Shown in pieces: positions 1 through 9,583 of a stretch of DNA of 64,000 nucleotides. Position numbers and translations under genes: made by a program. The stretch covers positions 39,215 through 103,214 of IMG/VR virus record IMGVR_UViG_3300034200_001536; one strand, given 5' to 3'. The notes under the pieces are model-generated. The model worked only from the letters and a program-made list of their open reading frames with translations, did no database searches and had not been told where the DNA came from. This stretch comes from a virus. Position 1 is the stretch's first letter, and every line of letters starts with the position of its first letter.

Positions 1-2
1 GT

Positions 3-503
3 TTTAACGCAGTTAATATGAACCCAGCTGCTGTTAATGCTTCAATTATGATGGGAGAATATACAACTCTTGTCGTAGAAAATGATGCGTACATATCCGG
101 TAACACGTATATAAGTGCTTCATCCCAATTATCTAATATTGGCAATGTCAATTTATTATCTGGTAGCTTTTATAATGTTGATAACGTTTTTACTTCAATA
201 GATTCAAGATTTGCACAGATGGTAACAAATTATAATTCTTTAAGAGAAGTACAGATAGGAAATTTTGAATCCGATGGAAGCAAAACTATACAATTAACTA
301 ATTTTGTTAGTGCAGATATAGATTATTTGAGTTTAGATGTGATGATTAAATACAGCGGCAGTACACAGTATTTAAATGATTTAATAAGTGTAAGAATGTC
401 TGGGGCTTTAAATAATAAAATCAACGTTGAAATCAGTGCTCCTAGTGTAAGTAGTGGAGATTTTTACAGAATTATTGCTGTAAAAGAGTCGGGAAGTTTA
501 TAA
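3..503 (+). CDS. Virion structural protein, probably 5'-truncated; paralog of next gene
   Basis: Frame is open from the window edge to the ATG at 18. C-terminal region (YNVDNVFTSIDS...LDVMIK...NDLISV...YRIIAVKE) aligns by eye with the C-terminus of 541..1638. Confidence 0.6.
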   Translation, partial: FNAVNMNPAAVNASIMMGEYTTLVVENDAYISGNTYISASSQLSNIGNVNLLSGSFYNVDNVFTSIDSRFAQMVTNYNSLREVQIGNFESDGSKTIQLTNFVSADIDYLSLDVMIKYSGSTQYLNDLISVRMSGALNNKINVEISAPSVSSGDFYRIIAVKESGSL

Positions 504-507
504 AGAC

Positions 508-516
508 ACTATTTAT
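508..516 (+). promoter_or_regulatory. Putative late promoter ACTATTTAT
   Basis: Intergenic copy of a motif recurring upstream of structural genes; AGGAG SD follows. Confidence 0.6.
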
Positions 517-540
517 TAAAAACTATAAGGAGAAATTTCA

Positions 541-1638
541 ATGGCAGTTAAACCGTTTAAGATTTTAGCAGATTTGCAATCTAATAAGCAAATCATAAAA
601 TTAGATTCAGCAGCAAATAATGCAGTATTATTTAATGTTTCTGGAACATTAGCTGGTGGTGGTCACGTTAGTTCTTCATTGCCATATACTGGTTCTGGAT
701 TGTATATTGATGGTAATGCAGTAATAGCTGGAAAATTAACCGCTAGAGAATATCATGCTGAAGTAGTTTCCTCTTCGATTATTTATCAAAGTGGTTCAAC
801 TAAATTTGGTGATAGTGCAGATGATTTGCACCAATTTACTGGCAGTGTACAAATTAGTGGCGGCTTTGGCGCACATTACTTAACTGCTTCATTAGGTTTA
901 TTGTCTAACGGCCCAAGCACATTAGTCGGTACTGTAAACGCACAAAATGGACTAACAATAACCAACGCTCCTTTAGACGCTAGTACGGTAGCAGTAAGCG
1001 CTAGTGGCTTAAACGTAACAAATGCTGCAGTTGTTGGTTCTACATTAGCTGCATTAGGAGGTTTAACTTCTTCCGCTGGCTTAAGCGTTGCTGGTACTGC
1101 TAGCGTAGTTGGTCCTATTATTTCTAACACATCAGTTCTTACACCTTTATTGGGAGCTACTAATGCTGGTTTAGTAACAGCTTCTGTAGCAACAACTGCT
1201 AGCTTTAATGCAATTGCAATTGTAACAGCTTCTCAAACTGTTAATGGTGTTTCATATGACATGTATAATGTTGACCAAGCATTCCATGCAATTGATTCTG
1301 CCATGGCAGATAAAACAGCTACACAAAATGCTTACAAACGTTTACGTTATCAAACAAGCGGCTCATTTGACCCAAGTGGCGTACAGCTAGTTGCACTCCC
1401 TACATCTTCACTAGGAGGTGATTCCTTCCCAGTTAGCTCTATCGGTTACATTACCGTAGACGTTTTAACAAAATTTGATATAAATGATAATTGGATGAAC
1501 GATGTTATGGCTATTGAAGTATATGTAACTGGTTCTCCCGGTTCAGAATATATCGAGGTAGCCATCAATGCCGCTGATGTACCACATGAATATCGTTTAA
1601 TAGCAGTTAATGAAGACCCAACTAAATATGTGGTATAA
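541..1638 (+). CDS. Virion fibre/decoration-like protein, Ser/Thr/Gly/Ala-rich
   Basis: Beta-rich composition; SSSIIYQSGSTKFGDSADDLHQFTGS segment; strong SD; late motif upstream. Confidence 0.6.
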   Translation: MAVKPFKILADLQSNKQIIKLDSAANNAVLFNVSGTLAGGGHVSSSLPYTGSGLYIDGNAVIAGKLTAREYHAEVVSSSIIYQSGSTKFGDSADDLHQFTGSVQISGGFGAHYLTASLGLLSNGPSTLVGTVNAQNGLTITNAPLDASTVAVSASGLNVTNAAVVGSTLAALGGLTSSAGLSVAGTASVVGPIISNTSVLTPLLGATNAGLVTASVATTASFNAIAIVTASQTVNGVSYDMYNVDQAFHAIDSAMADKTATQNAYKRLRYQTSGSFDPSGVQLVALPTSSLGGDSFPVSSIGYITVDVLTKFDINDNWMNDVMAIEVYVTGSPGSEYIEVAINAADVPHEYRLIAVNEDPTKYVV

Positions 1639-1647
1639 TAACCGCAT

Positions 1648-2178
1648 ATGATTCTTGGTTTAGACATTTCAACTTCAATTACAGGAATAACCGTCCTTGA
1701 TGATACAGGGGCGGTTGTTCTTTTTGATATGATTGATACTCATTCCAAGAAATTTACTAGCTTTTTTATGAAAGCAGACGCAGTTGAACGGCGGCTGGTA
1801 CAGCTAAAAAGTGAGTATAAAATCGATAAAATCTTCATAGAACAAAGTTTACAAGCGTTTAGACCGGGATTATCCTCTGCAAAAGTCATTTTGACACTAG
1901 GAAAATTTAATGGTATAGTTAGTTGGATTTGTTACAAGATTTTTGGGATTCAACCAGATTATATTGGCGCTTCTACCGCTAGAAAAGCACTTGGGATTAA
2001 GGTAGAGCGTGGTGAAAACGCAAAAGAAATCGTCTTAAAGCGTGTTTTAGAGCTTGAAAAAGGCTTTGTAGTAAAGTATACTCCTAAAGGTAATCCAGTA
2101 GCCGGCACTTATGATAGAGCCGATAGCTATGTTATTGCCAAAGCGGGGTATTTGTCTTGTCAGACACCAAAAAAGTAG
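1648..2178 (+). CDS. RuvC-like Holliday junction resolvase
   Basis: ILGLDIST start, IFIEQ, and C-terminal DRADS acidic residues of the RNase H-fold RuvC family. Confidence 0.8.
   Translation: MILGLDISTSITGITVLDDTGAVVLFDMIDTHSKKFTSFFMKADAVERRLVQLKSEYKIDKIFIEQSLQAFRPGLSSAKVILTLGKFNGIVSWICYKIFGIQPDYIGASTARKALGIKVERGENAKEIVLKRVLELEKGFVVKYTPKGNPVAGTYDRADSYVIAKAGYLSCQTPKK
1685..1725 (+). terminator. Intragenic terminator-like hairpin in ruvC-like gene
   Basis: GAATAACCGTCCTTG-ATGATA-CAGGGGCGGTTGTTC (15 bp with G-U pairs) followed by TTTTT. Confidence 0.55.
2054..2082 (+). promoter_or_regulatory. Sigma70-like promoter for primase, inside ruvC-like gene
   Basis: TTGAAA-17 nt-TATACT. Confidence 0.55.
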
Positions 2179-3098
2179 AAATTCTTAAGCAAATTCTTGG
2201 TGATTATTACACTTCTGGTCATGAAAAGCTGTTTTTCTGTCCAAAATGTAAGCATCACAAGAAGAAATTGTCTGTTAACTTAGATAAAGATGCCTTTAAG
2301 TGTTGGATTTGTGATTTTTCTGGTAAATCTGTTCGTCGCTTGGTGCTAAGGTATGGTAATTATGTCCAACAAAAGACGTGGAATGAGCTTTCTGGTATTG
2401 TTGAAATTACGGAATACGAAAAAATCTTCCTTGCAGAAGATAATGTTGAAGAAAAGATTGAACCAATCAATCTTCCGCCAGAATTCCAGACGCTTTGCAA
2501 CAGGGATTTAGGACTTTCTTCTCTTCCTGCACGTAGATATCTTAAAGACCGTGGTGTAAGCAAAGAAGATATTCTATTTTGGAAGATTGGCTATGCTGTT
2601 TCGGGCGAATATAAGGGTAGAATTATCGTTCCATCATTCAATCTTGACGGTAAAGTAGACTATTTTATTGGTAGAACATATGAAAATGATTGGAAGCGTT
2701 ATCTTAATCCTCCAACGCCAAAAGATATCATTTTTAATGAGCTATATATTGATTGGAGCAGTGATATAACTATCGTTGAAGGTGTTTTTGACGCCATCAA
2801 GGCAAAAAACGCTATACCTATTCTTGGTTCTACTTTAAGGGAAGGTTCAAGAATATTTCGTGAATTAATTCGTAATGACCCACGCATTTATATAGCTCTA
2901 GACCCTGATGCGGAGAAAAAAGCTGATAAATTAATCAATTCGCTATTGACATATGACGCAGAGGTTTACAAAATTGAGATTCCAGAAGGAAAAGATGTTG
3001 GTGATATGTCACATGAAGAATTTTTAGAGCGTAAGAAAGAGGCTAAACTAATTAAAGATAGCGATTACATGCTAATTAAAAAAATAATGAGTCTTTAA
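2157..3098 (+). CDS. DNA primase (Zn ribbon + TOPRIM)
   Basis: CPKC..H..CWIC zinc ribbon; VEGVFD and LDPDA TOPRIM motifs. Confidence 0.9.
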   Translation: MSDTKKVEILKQILGDYYTSGHEKLFFCPKCKHHKKKLSVNLDKDAFKCWICDFSGKSVRRLVLRYGNYVQQKTWNELSGIVEITEYEKIFLAEDNVEEKIEPINLPPEFQTLCNRDLGLSSLPARRYLKDRGVSKEDILFWKIGYAVSGEYKGRIIVPSFNLDGKVDYFIGRTYENDWKRYLNPPTPKDIIFNELYIDWSSDITIVEGVFDAIKAKNAIPILGSTLREGSRIFRELIRNDPRIYIALDPDAEKKADKLINSLLTYDAEVYKIEIPEGKDVGDMSHEEFLERKKEAKLIKDSDYMLIKKIMSL

Positions 3099-3099
3099 T

Positions 3100-3297
3100 A
3101 TGTCTGATAGTCAAAAATATGACGAAAAAACATTAATCTCGCTACTAAAAATAATGTTAGCTGTTCGTTCGGATTTATCAAAAGAAGAAAAAGAATCTGT
3201 TTTGAGATTAGCAGAACAAATAATTAAAAAAGGCAAAAAAGAAGATTATGAAGATAAACAAATCTTTCCTAACACGGATTATAAAAGAAGAAATTAA
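3100..3297 (+). CDS. Hypothetical protein
   Basis: ATG ORF directly after primase. Confidence 0.5.
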   Translation: MSDSQKYDEKTLISLLKIMLAVRSDLSKEEKESVLRLAEQIIKKGKKEDYEDKQIFPNTDYKRRN

Positions 3298-3721
3298 GAA
3301 AGTAATATATGAAGAAGATATTGGTCCCGAAAAGGAACTAATAGATTTGTTTGTACAATATCGTAATTATTTTTCTAAAAATCCAACTAAAAATAAAGAT
3401 GAATTGCCAGACTTTGAAGCAATGATAAAACAAATTGCTCCAAATTATTCTCCTGAAGAAATTATTCATATGCTTCAAGGTAAAATTGACCGTCAACTAT
3501 TTTCATTTATTAAAGATATACTTTTACGTGATAAAAACATGAAAACACAAAGTGATAAACTTGATAATTACGAAATGTCTATAACTCCCGACGAGCAAAA
3601 CGTTTATCAAGTCTATAATAAGCAAGACCCAGACCCCGGCTTTATGCGTGTACCAAAAGACGACGAAGCATATGACCAAGAAGATGTTCGTAAGGACCGT
3701 AAAACTTTAACTCAATCATAG
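3248..3721 (+). CDS. Hypothetical protein with MKINKSFLTRIIKEE leader (candidate internal head protein)
   Basis: Leader resembles those at 3996, 14832 and 19242. Confidence 0.6.
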   Translation: MKINKSFLTRIIKEEIKKVIYEEDIGPEKELIDLFVQYRNYFSKNPTKNKDELPDFEAMIKQIAPNYSPEEIIHMLQGKIDRQLFSFIKDILLRDKNMKTQSDKLDNYEMSITPDEQNVYQVYNKQDPDPGFMRVPKDDEAYDQEDVRKDRKTLTQS

Positions 3722-3733
3722 GAAAATATTTTA

Positions 3734-3928
3734 ATGTCAGAACGTCCAGAAAGCGGTGGAAAAAGTGAAGGCAAAAGATGTGGCGGTGCTTGTAAGCATA
3801 GCAGCACATATCACCAAGTAAAATGGTTTGATAAATTTACAAGCATGTATTATTATGGTTGTGCATATGTAGATTGTAAATGCATGAATTATGTAGCAAC
3901 TGATATTAAAAATACCGATATACGCTAA
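3734..3928 (+). CDS. Small Cys/His-rich hypothetical protein
   Basis: AGGA SD; CGGACKH and CAYVDCKC. Confidence 0.55.
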   Translation: MSERPESGGKSEGKRCGGACKHSSTYHQVKWFDKFTSMYYYGCAYVDCKCMNYVATDIKNTDIR

Positions 3929-3954
3929 TTTTTTTTGTCTTACTGGCAAAAAAA

Positions 3955-3963
3955 ACTATTTAC
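3955..3963 (+). promoter_or_regulatory. Putative late promoter ACTATTTAC
   Basis: Intergenic motif copy before the MKITK gene. Confidence 0.55.
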
Positions 3964-3995
3964 TGTAATTTTGCAGTATCAACAAGGAGAAAAAT

Positions 3996-4250
3996 ATGAA
4001 GATTACAAAAGATGATTTAAAGAAGCTTATTAAAGAAGAATTGACAAAAGAAATGTCTGCTCCAACACCTGTGCAAGAAGCACCTATGCCAGAAGAATTA
4101 AGCGAAGCAAGCTTAAAAAGAGCTGCTGGTGTTATTTCTAAAGTTTTAAAATATCATAAAACAACAATACAAAAATACTATGGTCCAGATGCTGTGCAGG
4201 GGCTTGAAGAGGCATTAGAAGTTTTGCCAAAAATATGGGCAACTATTTAA
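3996..4250 (+). CDS. Hypothetical protein with MKITKDDLKKLIKEEL leader
   Basis: AAGGAG SD; shared leader motif. Confidence 0.7.
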   Translation: MKITKDDLKKLIKEELTKEMSAPTPVQEAPMPEELSEASLKRAAGVISKVLKYHKTTIQKYYGPDAVQGLEEALEVLPKIWATI

Positions 4251-4259
4251 TAAACAAAC

Positions 4260-4288
4260 TTGTAATAGAACAAAACTTGTAGTAACAT
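4260..4288 (+). promoter_or_regulatory. Sigma70-like promoter upstream of sbcD-sbcC fusion
   Basis: TTGTAA-17 nt-TAACAT. Confidence 0.5.
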
Positions 4289-4353
4289 GACCGTTAAGAA
4301 TACCACTTAACGGTCTTTTTGTATCGTGATAGTGTAAAGCATCTGGAGGTAGA

Positions 4354-7300
4354 ATGAAGATAGCGCACGTAGCGGACACACATATAAAAAACTTGAAGTA
4401 CCACGATGAATATCGTGAAATTTTTAATAAGATGTATGAGATTATGCGTGAACAAAAAGTTGACGCTATTGTTCACTGCGGCGATATTGCTCACACAAAA
4501 ACACAAATCAGTCCTGAATTTGTTGATATGACAAGCGAGTTCTTTAAGAATCTTGCTTCTATCGCACCAACTTATATTATTCTAGGCAACCACGATGGAA
4601 ACCTACGTAATGATTCACGTCAAGATGCAATTACGCCAATTGTTTCTGCACTAAATCTTCCTAATCTATTTCTCCTAAAAGACAGCGGAGAAATGGCGAT
4701 TAGCGACGATGTGACATTAAATGTCATGAGTGTGTTTGACCAAGAAAATTGGGTTAAACCAGTTAATCCAGATAAGATTAATATTGCTCTCTTACACGGT
4801 TCTGTGTCTGGTGTTCAAACCGACACAAATTATGTAATGGAGCATGGTGAATTTACTGTAGATATTTTTGAAGGCCATGATTATGCTTTCCTTGGCGATA
4901 TTCACAAGACAAATCAGATTCTTGATTTGGAAGGTCGTGTCCGATATCCCGGCTCTACCGTTCAACAAAACTTTGGCGAAACAGACGATAAGGGTTTCTT
5001 AATTTGGGATATCCAAAGTAAGGAAAGCTTCAGCTGCAAACACTATGCCATTCCTAATCCTCGTCCATTCGTTACATTAGTATTGGACGAAAACGGCGTA
5101 TTGCCCGAGATTGACGTTAAGAAAGGTGCAAGAGTTCGTATCGTTGCTGACAAGAACGTTACGCTAGAAAAGGTTAAAAAGGCTACAGAGGTCGTTAAAA
5201 GCCGTTTCCAGCCTGAGAGTGTAACCTTCGTTAACAAAGCGGTTATCTCTAAGGCATCACAAGATGAAATTAATTCTATTGGTCATGCAGATAATTTACG
5301 CGACCTTGGTGTACAAGAACGTCTTATCCGCGATTATCTAAAAGATTTCAAGGCAGAAGAAGAAGTGGTAAACAAAGTTGTTGACCTAAACAAGAAGCTT
5401 TCTTCTGCTATTGAAGAAGGTGAAGAAATTAATCGTAATGTTCGCTGGTCCCTTAAAGAATTAGAGTGGGATAACCTATTTAATTATGGCGAGGGCAATC
5501 GTGTTAATTTCCAAGACCTATCAGGAATCGTTGGTATTTTCGGCAAGAATTATTCTGGCAAATCTTCTATTGTTGACAGCATGCTTTATACTTTGTTTAA
5601 TACCACTGCCAAAAACAACAGAAAAAACCTAAACGTCATCAACCAAAACAAAGAAAAAGGTCGTGGCAAAGTCAAGATTGAAATTGACGATGGTGAATAC
5701 GTCGTTGAACGCAAGTCTGAAAAGTATATCAAAAAGCTAAAAGGCGTTGAAACAATCGAAGCTAAAACAGATGTAGAATTTACTTCATCCAATGAATCAT
5801 TGAATGGTCTTGCTCGTAACGATACGGACAAGAATATTCGTCGTTTCCTTGGAACAGTTGATGACTTTTTCTTGACAAGCATGGCTAGTCAGTTTGGTTA
5901 TCTTTCATTTATTTCTGAAGGCTCAACTAAGCGTAAAGAAATTCTTGCCAAGTTCCTTGATTTGGAAAACTTTGACAAGAAATTCAAGCTTGCAAAAGAT
6001 GAAAGCGCAGAATTAAAAGGCTTGCTCAAAAAGCTTGAAGGCGTAGATTATAAGCGTGATATTGCCAATGCAGAAACACAACTTTCTGTTCTTGATAGCA
6101 CGCTAGCTGAACAAAAAAGCCTTGTAGAGCAGCTACGTGGAAAAGTTATGGATGCAAATGAAACACTTTGTCAGTTACAAAAGAGTATTGCTAATGTTCC
6201 AAACCTTGTTCTTAATTGGGACGATATCAACAGTCAATTAAATTCATATCGTGCGGATAGAAAGAGAATCGGTGAAGAAAATGTTTCTCTAGAAAGCGAA
6301 ATTGCAAAGCTAGAAACTCTTTCACTAAAGATTGATGAATTCCTTTCTAATCTTGATGAAAAGGAATTGATGTTAAAGGACCAACAGCTTAAGTTTATTA
6401 ACGACCAAGTAAGAATTTTGGAGCGAGATTACGGTCTTGCTACAAACGAAATTGCTGCGTCTGATAAAAAGATTAAGCTACTTGACCAAGTTCCATGCGG
6501 CGATAAATTCCCAACATGTAAATTCATCAAAGATGCGTTTGCTGCAAAAGAATCCTATGATGATTTGGTAAAAAACCAATCATTAATGGATGGTACTTTG
6601 CGTGAAACAAAAGAAAAGTTTAATGTTCTTGATGCCGAAGTATCTGATGGTTTGAAAAAGCTTTCTGATATCAAGAAGAAGCGTCTAGAAACAACCACAA
6701 AACTATCTTCTTGCCAGCTTAAATTGGAGAAGAATAAAAATACAGTTATCAATCTTGATAAAAAGATTGAAGAGGCAGAAGAAAAGCTAAAACTTTACAA
6801 TGATAATCGTGAAGCTATTGAGAATTATGAAAAGCTTTTAGCTAATCGTGAAGATGCAAAGCGTAATGTTGTATTTTATACAAAGAAACTAACTGATATA
6901 GAGCATGAAATTGTAGAACTCTACAAAAATCACGGTTCTGTATCCGCTAAAATAGATATATTCCGTAAACAGGAAGCAGAATTACAAGATTTGCGTAAAC
7001 AATATAGTGCTTATGATTTGTTTTTAACATGTATGCATCCAAGTGGTATATCTTATGAAATCATCAAGAGCAAACTACCGGAGATTAACCAAGAAATTGC
7101 CAAGATTTTGGCAAATGTCGTTGAATTCTCTATTTACCTTGAGAACGACGATGATAAATTGGATATTATGATTAAACATCCTAAGTATGACGCTCGCCCA
7201 CTTGAAATGGGCAGTGGTGCAGAAAAGACTTTAGCCTCTACAGCTATTCGTCTTGCCTTATTAAACGTTACAACCCTACCAAAAGGCGACATATTTATTA

Positions 7301-7482
7301 TGGACGAACCCGGAACTGCTCTAGATGCAGAGAACCTAGATGGTTTTGTACGCATCTTAGAACTAATTAAGGGATATTTCAAAACTGTAATCTTGATTTC
7401 ACATCTAGATAGCTTAAAAGATTGTGTAGATATGCAAATCGTAATCGACCGTAAGGATGGTTTTGCATCCGTTAATCAATAG
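4354..7482 (+). CDS. Fused SbcD/Mre11 nuclease + SbcC/Rad50 ATPase
   Basis: Metallophosphoesterase motifs (ADTH, GDIAH, GNHD, HG, GDIH), then Walker A GKNYSGKSS, coiled coil, GSGAEK signature, IMDEP Walker B, ISH. Confidence 0.92.
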   Translation: MKIAHVADTHIKNLKYHDEYREIFNKMYEIMREQKVDAIVHCGDIAHTKTQISPEFVDMTSEFFKNLASIAPTYIILGNHDGNLRNDSRQDAITPIVSALNLPNLFLLKDSGEMAISDDVTLNVMSVFDQENWVKPVNPDKINIALLHGSVSGVQTDTNYVMEHGEFTVDIFEGHDYAFLGDIHKTNQILDLEGRVRYPGSTVQQNFGETDDKGFLIWDIQSKESFSCKHYAIPNPRPFVTLVLDENGVLPEIDVKKGARVRIVADKNVTLEKVKKATEVVKSRFQPESVTFVNKAVISKASQDEINSIGHADNLRDLGVQERLIRDYLKDFKAEEEVVNKVVDLNKKLSSAIEEGEEINRNVRWSLKELEWDNLFNYGEGNRVNFQDLSGIVGIFGKNYSGKSSIVDSMLYTLFNTTAKNNRKNLNVINQNKEKGRGKVKIEIDDGEYVVERKSEKYIKKLKGVETIEAKTDVEFTSSNESLNGLARNDTDKNIRRFLGTVDDFFLTSMASQFGYLSFISEGSTKRKEILAKFLDLENFDKKFKLAKDESAELKGLLKKLEGVDYKRDIANAETQLSVLDSTLAEQKSLVEQLRGKVMDANETLCQLQKSIANVPNLVLNWDDINSQLNSYRADRKRIGEENVSLESEIAKLETLSLKIDEFLSNLDEKELMLKDQQLKFINDQVRILERDYGLATNEIAASDKKIKLLDQVPCGDKFPTCKFIKDAFAAKESYDDLVKNQSLMDGTLRETKEKFNVLDAEVSDGLKKLSDIKKKRLETTTKLSSCQLKLEKNKNTVINLDKKIEEAEEKLKLYNDNREAIENYEKLLANREDAKRNVVFYTKKLTDIEHEIVELYKNHGSVSAKIDIFRKQEAELQDLRKQYSAYDLFLTCMHPSGISYEIIKSKLPEINQEIAKILANVVEFSIYLENDDDKLDIMIKHPKYDARPLEMGSGAEKTLASTAIRLALLNVTTLPKGDIFIMDEPGTALDAENLDGFVRILELIKGYFKTVILISHLDSLKDCVDMQIVIDRKDGFASVNQ

Positions 7483-7492
7483 GAGAAACGTT

Positions 7493-7780
7493 ATGGCTAA
7501 TATGGGATTAAAAGATGAAGTAAAGGAAGAATTAACAGACTTAGATAAACGTATGGAAGCAGAAAGAAAAAAGTTAGACGGTTCACGCTTAGGATTGGTT
7601 GATTTAGTAACTGAAAAGTTTATTTCCCGTAAATTATTGGTATGGGCTATAGCTACCGGTCTTTTATGGACAGCAAAAATTACTCCTGACGAGTGGACAG
7701 CTATTACGTTAGGTTACGTAGGTATTGAAGGTATGGCAGATTTAGCAGTAAAATGGCGTTCATCGGGAAAAAAGGAATAA
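7493..7780 (+). CDS. Small two-TM membrane protein, holin-like
   Basis: AGGAG SD before ATG 7493; two hydrophobic segments; basic C-terminus. Confidence 0.5.
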   Translation: MANMGLKDEVKEELTDLDKRMEAERKKLDGSRLGLVDLVTEKFISRKLLVWAIATGLLWTAKITPDEWTAITLGYVGIEGMADLAVKWRSSGKKE

Positions 7781-7784
7781 TAAA

Positions 7785-8183
7785 ATGACTAAATTAAAAC
7801 AATTATGGAATAAAATTAAGCTTTGGGTTGGTTTGTTTGTTGCAGGGCTTGTAGTAAGTTTTTTAGTATTCAGAAAAACTGTTGGAGATGGTTTAGAAGA
7901 GCAAAAAGAGCAATTAAAACAAGAAGAAGAGGCGAAATTAGCAGCACAAAAGAAACTAGAAGAAGAAAAAGTAAAACTAGAAGAGGAAAAACAGAAAGAA
8001 ATAGCAAAAGCAGAAGAAGAAAAGAAACAAAAGCTAAAGGAAGCAGTAGAAAAGGCAAAACAAGAAAGAGATAGACTTAAAACTCTTGAAAAGCGTGACG
8101 CACAAGGTTTTATAATGGAAATGGAGCGTGAGTTAAGAGTAAAACCAAAGAAAAAGAAAGGTAAAAATAAGAGAAATGAATAA
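7785..8183 (+). CDS. N-terminal TM + coiled-coil protein (i-spanin-like topology)
   Basis: WVGLFVAGLVVSFLVF then E/K-rich helix. Confidence 0.45.
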   Translation: MTKLKQLWNKIKLWVGLFVAGLVVSFLVFRKTVGDGLEEQKEQLKQEEEAKLAAQKKLEEEKVKLEEEKQKEIAKAEEEKKQKLKEAVEKAKQERDRLKTLEKRDAQGFIMEMERELRVKPKKKKGKNKRNE

Positions 8184-8667
8184 ATTCAAATCTTTAATCA
8201 GTATCTTTATGTTGCTAGTGTTTCTAGCGACACGGACTTCTATTGCCTATGCTTTGCCTCCCTCTTCTAGTCCAGATGCTGGATATATAGAAGGGGAAGA
8301 CGAAGACGGTGACTATTCTATTGTTAAAGCCGGAGAAGAAGTTCCATATGATGGATTTCTTTTTGATTCTGAAGCCTTAATCAAGGTAATGGCCAATAAA
8401 TCATTTGAACTGGATAAATTAAGAATAGAAAAAGACTTTGAAATACAAAAACTCAATATAGAGATTCTTACTTTAAAGAAACAACATGAATTAGAACTTA
8501 AAATTAATAGTGATTTAACAGATAATATAATAAAGATAAAAGATAACAGAATAATACAGTTAGAAGATAGTAAAAAATATGATGATTTAAAACTGTTTGG
8601 TTCAATGTTACTAGGAATGGCTTTATCAGTTACTATATTTTATGCTGCAGTTAAAATAACTAAATAA
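8176..8667 (+). CDS. Signal peptide + coiled coil + C-terminal TM protein
   Basis: N-terminal hydrophobic stretch ending AYA; C-terminal LFGSMLLGMALSVTIFYAAV. Confidence 0.5.
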   Translation: MNKFKSLISIFMLLVFLATRTSIAYALPPSSSPDAGYIEGEDEDGDYSIVKAGEEVPYDGFLFDSEALIKVMANKSFELDKLRIEKDFEIQKLNIEILTLKKQHELELKINSDLTDNIIKIKDNRIIQLEDSKKYDDLKLFGSMLLGMALSVTIFYAAVKITK

Positions 8668-8670
8668 ATT

Positions 8671-9057
8671 ATGAACAAAAAAGACCCTAATTACATAGCC
8701 GCATTAGAAAAAGCAGTAAAAGAAAAGTATGGAGAACAAGCAACAATGCATCCTAAATATTTCTGGAATCAAGAGAAGGAAAGAGAATACGTAGCCGACA
8801 CTAAAGAAACCGTTAAAAAAGAGCTAAGTAATGAACAATCCAGAGAAAAAATCGATTTAGGCGGGATTTTAATACCCAAGAAACTAATTAATAAAAATGA
8901 ACAGAAGTCTTGTTCTGTCTGTAAACAGTATAGTTTTGATAAAAAAGATGATGTTTTTTTAAATAAATTCTCTACCTGCCAACGTTGCTATGTTAAGCAT
9001 ATAGAAGATAGAGAAGAAAGATGGAATTCAGGTTGGCGTCCTAATGGAGATAAATAA
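8671..9057 (+). CDS. Hypothetical zinc-finger protein
   Basis: CSVC...CQRC. Confidence 0.6.
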   Translation: MNKKDPNYIAALEKAVKEKYGEQATMHPKYFWNQEKEREYVADTKETVKKELSNEQSREKIDLGGILIPKKLINKNEQKSCSVCKQYSFDKKDDVFLNKFSTCQRCYVKHIEDREERWNSGWRPNGDK

Positions 9058-9567
9058 ATGGCTAGCATTCTAGAAGTTGTAAATGGAATTTCACAAGCAA
9101 TACACGCTAAGCATCATGGTGGTGCTGAAGTAGGCTTAAAGCGTGAATCAGAAGACCTTGTACAAGGAGTTTCTATTTACGACCCCAGAATGATTGACGG
9201 TTTTGGTATTCAATATCAAGGAAACATGTTGATATTAAAATATCACAGTGAAATGCCTTTAACCAAAGTGCATGATAAGAATTTCGAAACTGATATTCGT
9301 CGTACTATGAAAGACATTATTGCTTTTATCAAATCTGAATACAAAAAAGTAACTAAAAAGTCTTTAGATTTAACTGAACATGGCGATGTTAACGTTTTAG
9401 TACAAAGCGCTAATCGTAGAACTGCTTACGTTAACGCAACCCAATCATATCAAATTGGAAACGTAGAAGGTTATAACAAACAAGACAGTAAACCAGAACA
9501 ATCTTATGCTGATATTGCTAAGCGCTGGTTAATGAATGTTAAACAACCAAAGACATATCTTAAATAG
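9058..9567 (+). CDS. Hypothetical protein upstream of terminase
   Basis: GGAG SD; 169 aa ORF. Confidence 0.6.
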   Translation: MASILEVVNGISQAIHAKHHGGAEVGLKRESEDLVQGVSIYDPRMIDGFGIQYQGNMLILKYHSEMPLTKVHDKNFETDIRRTMKDIIAFIKSEYKKVTKKSLDLTEHGDVNVLVQSANRRTAYVNATQSYQIGNVEGYNKQDSKPEQSYADIAKRWLMNVKQPKTYLK

Positions 9568-9583
9568 GTAATAAGGTAATGGC

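Noticed and set aside
3929-3955. T8-GTC...GGC-A8 inverted repeat as terminator
   Set aside because: Only a 3-bp core, and the T/A tracts are in the wrong order for termination on either strand.
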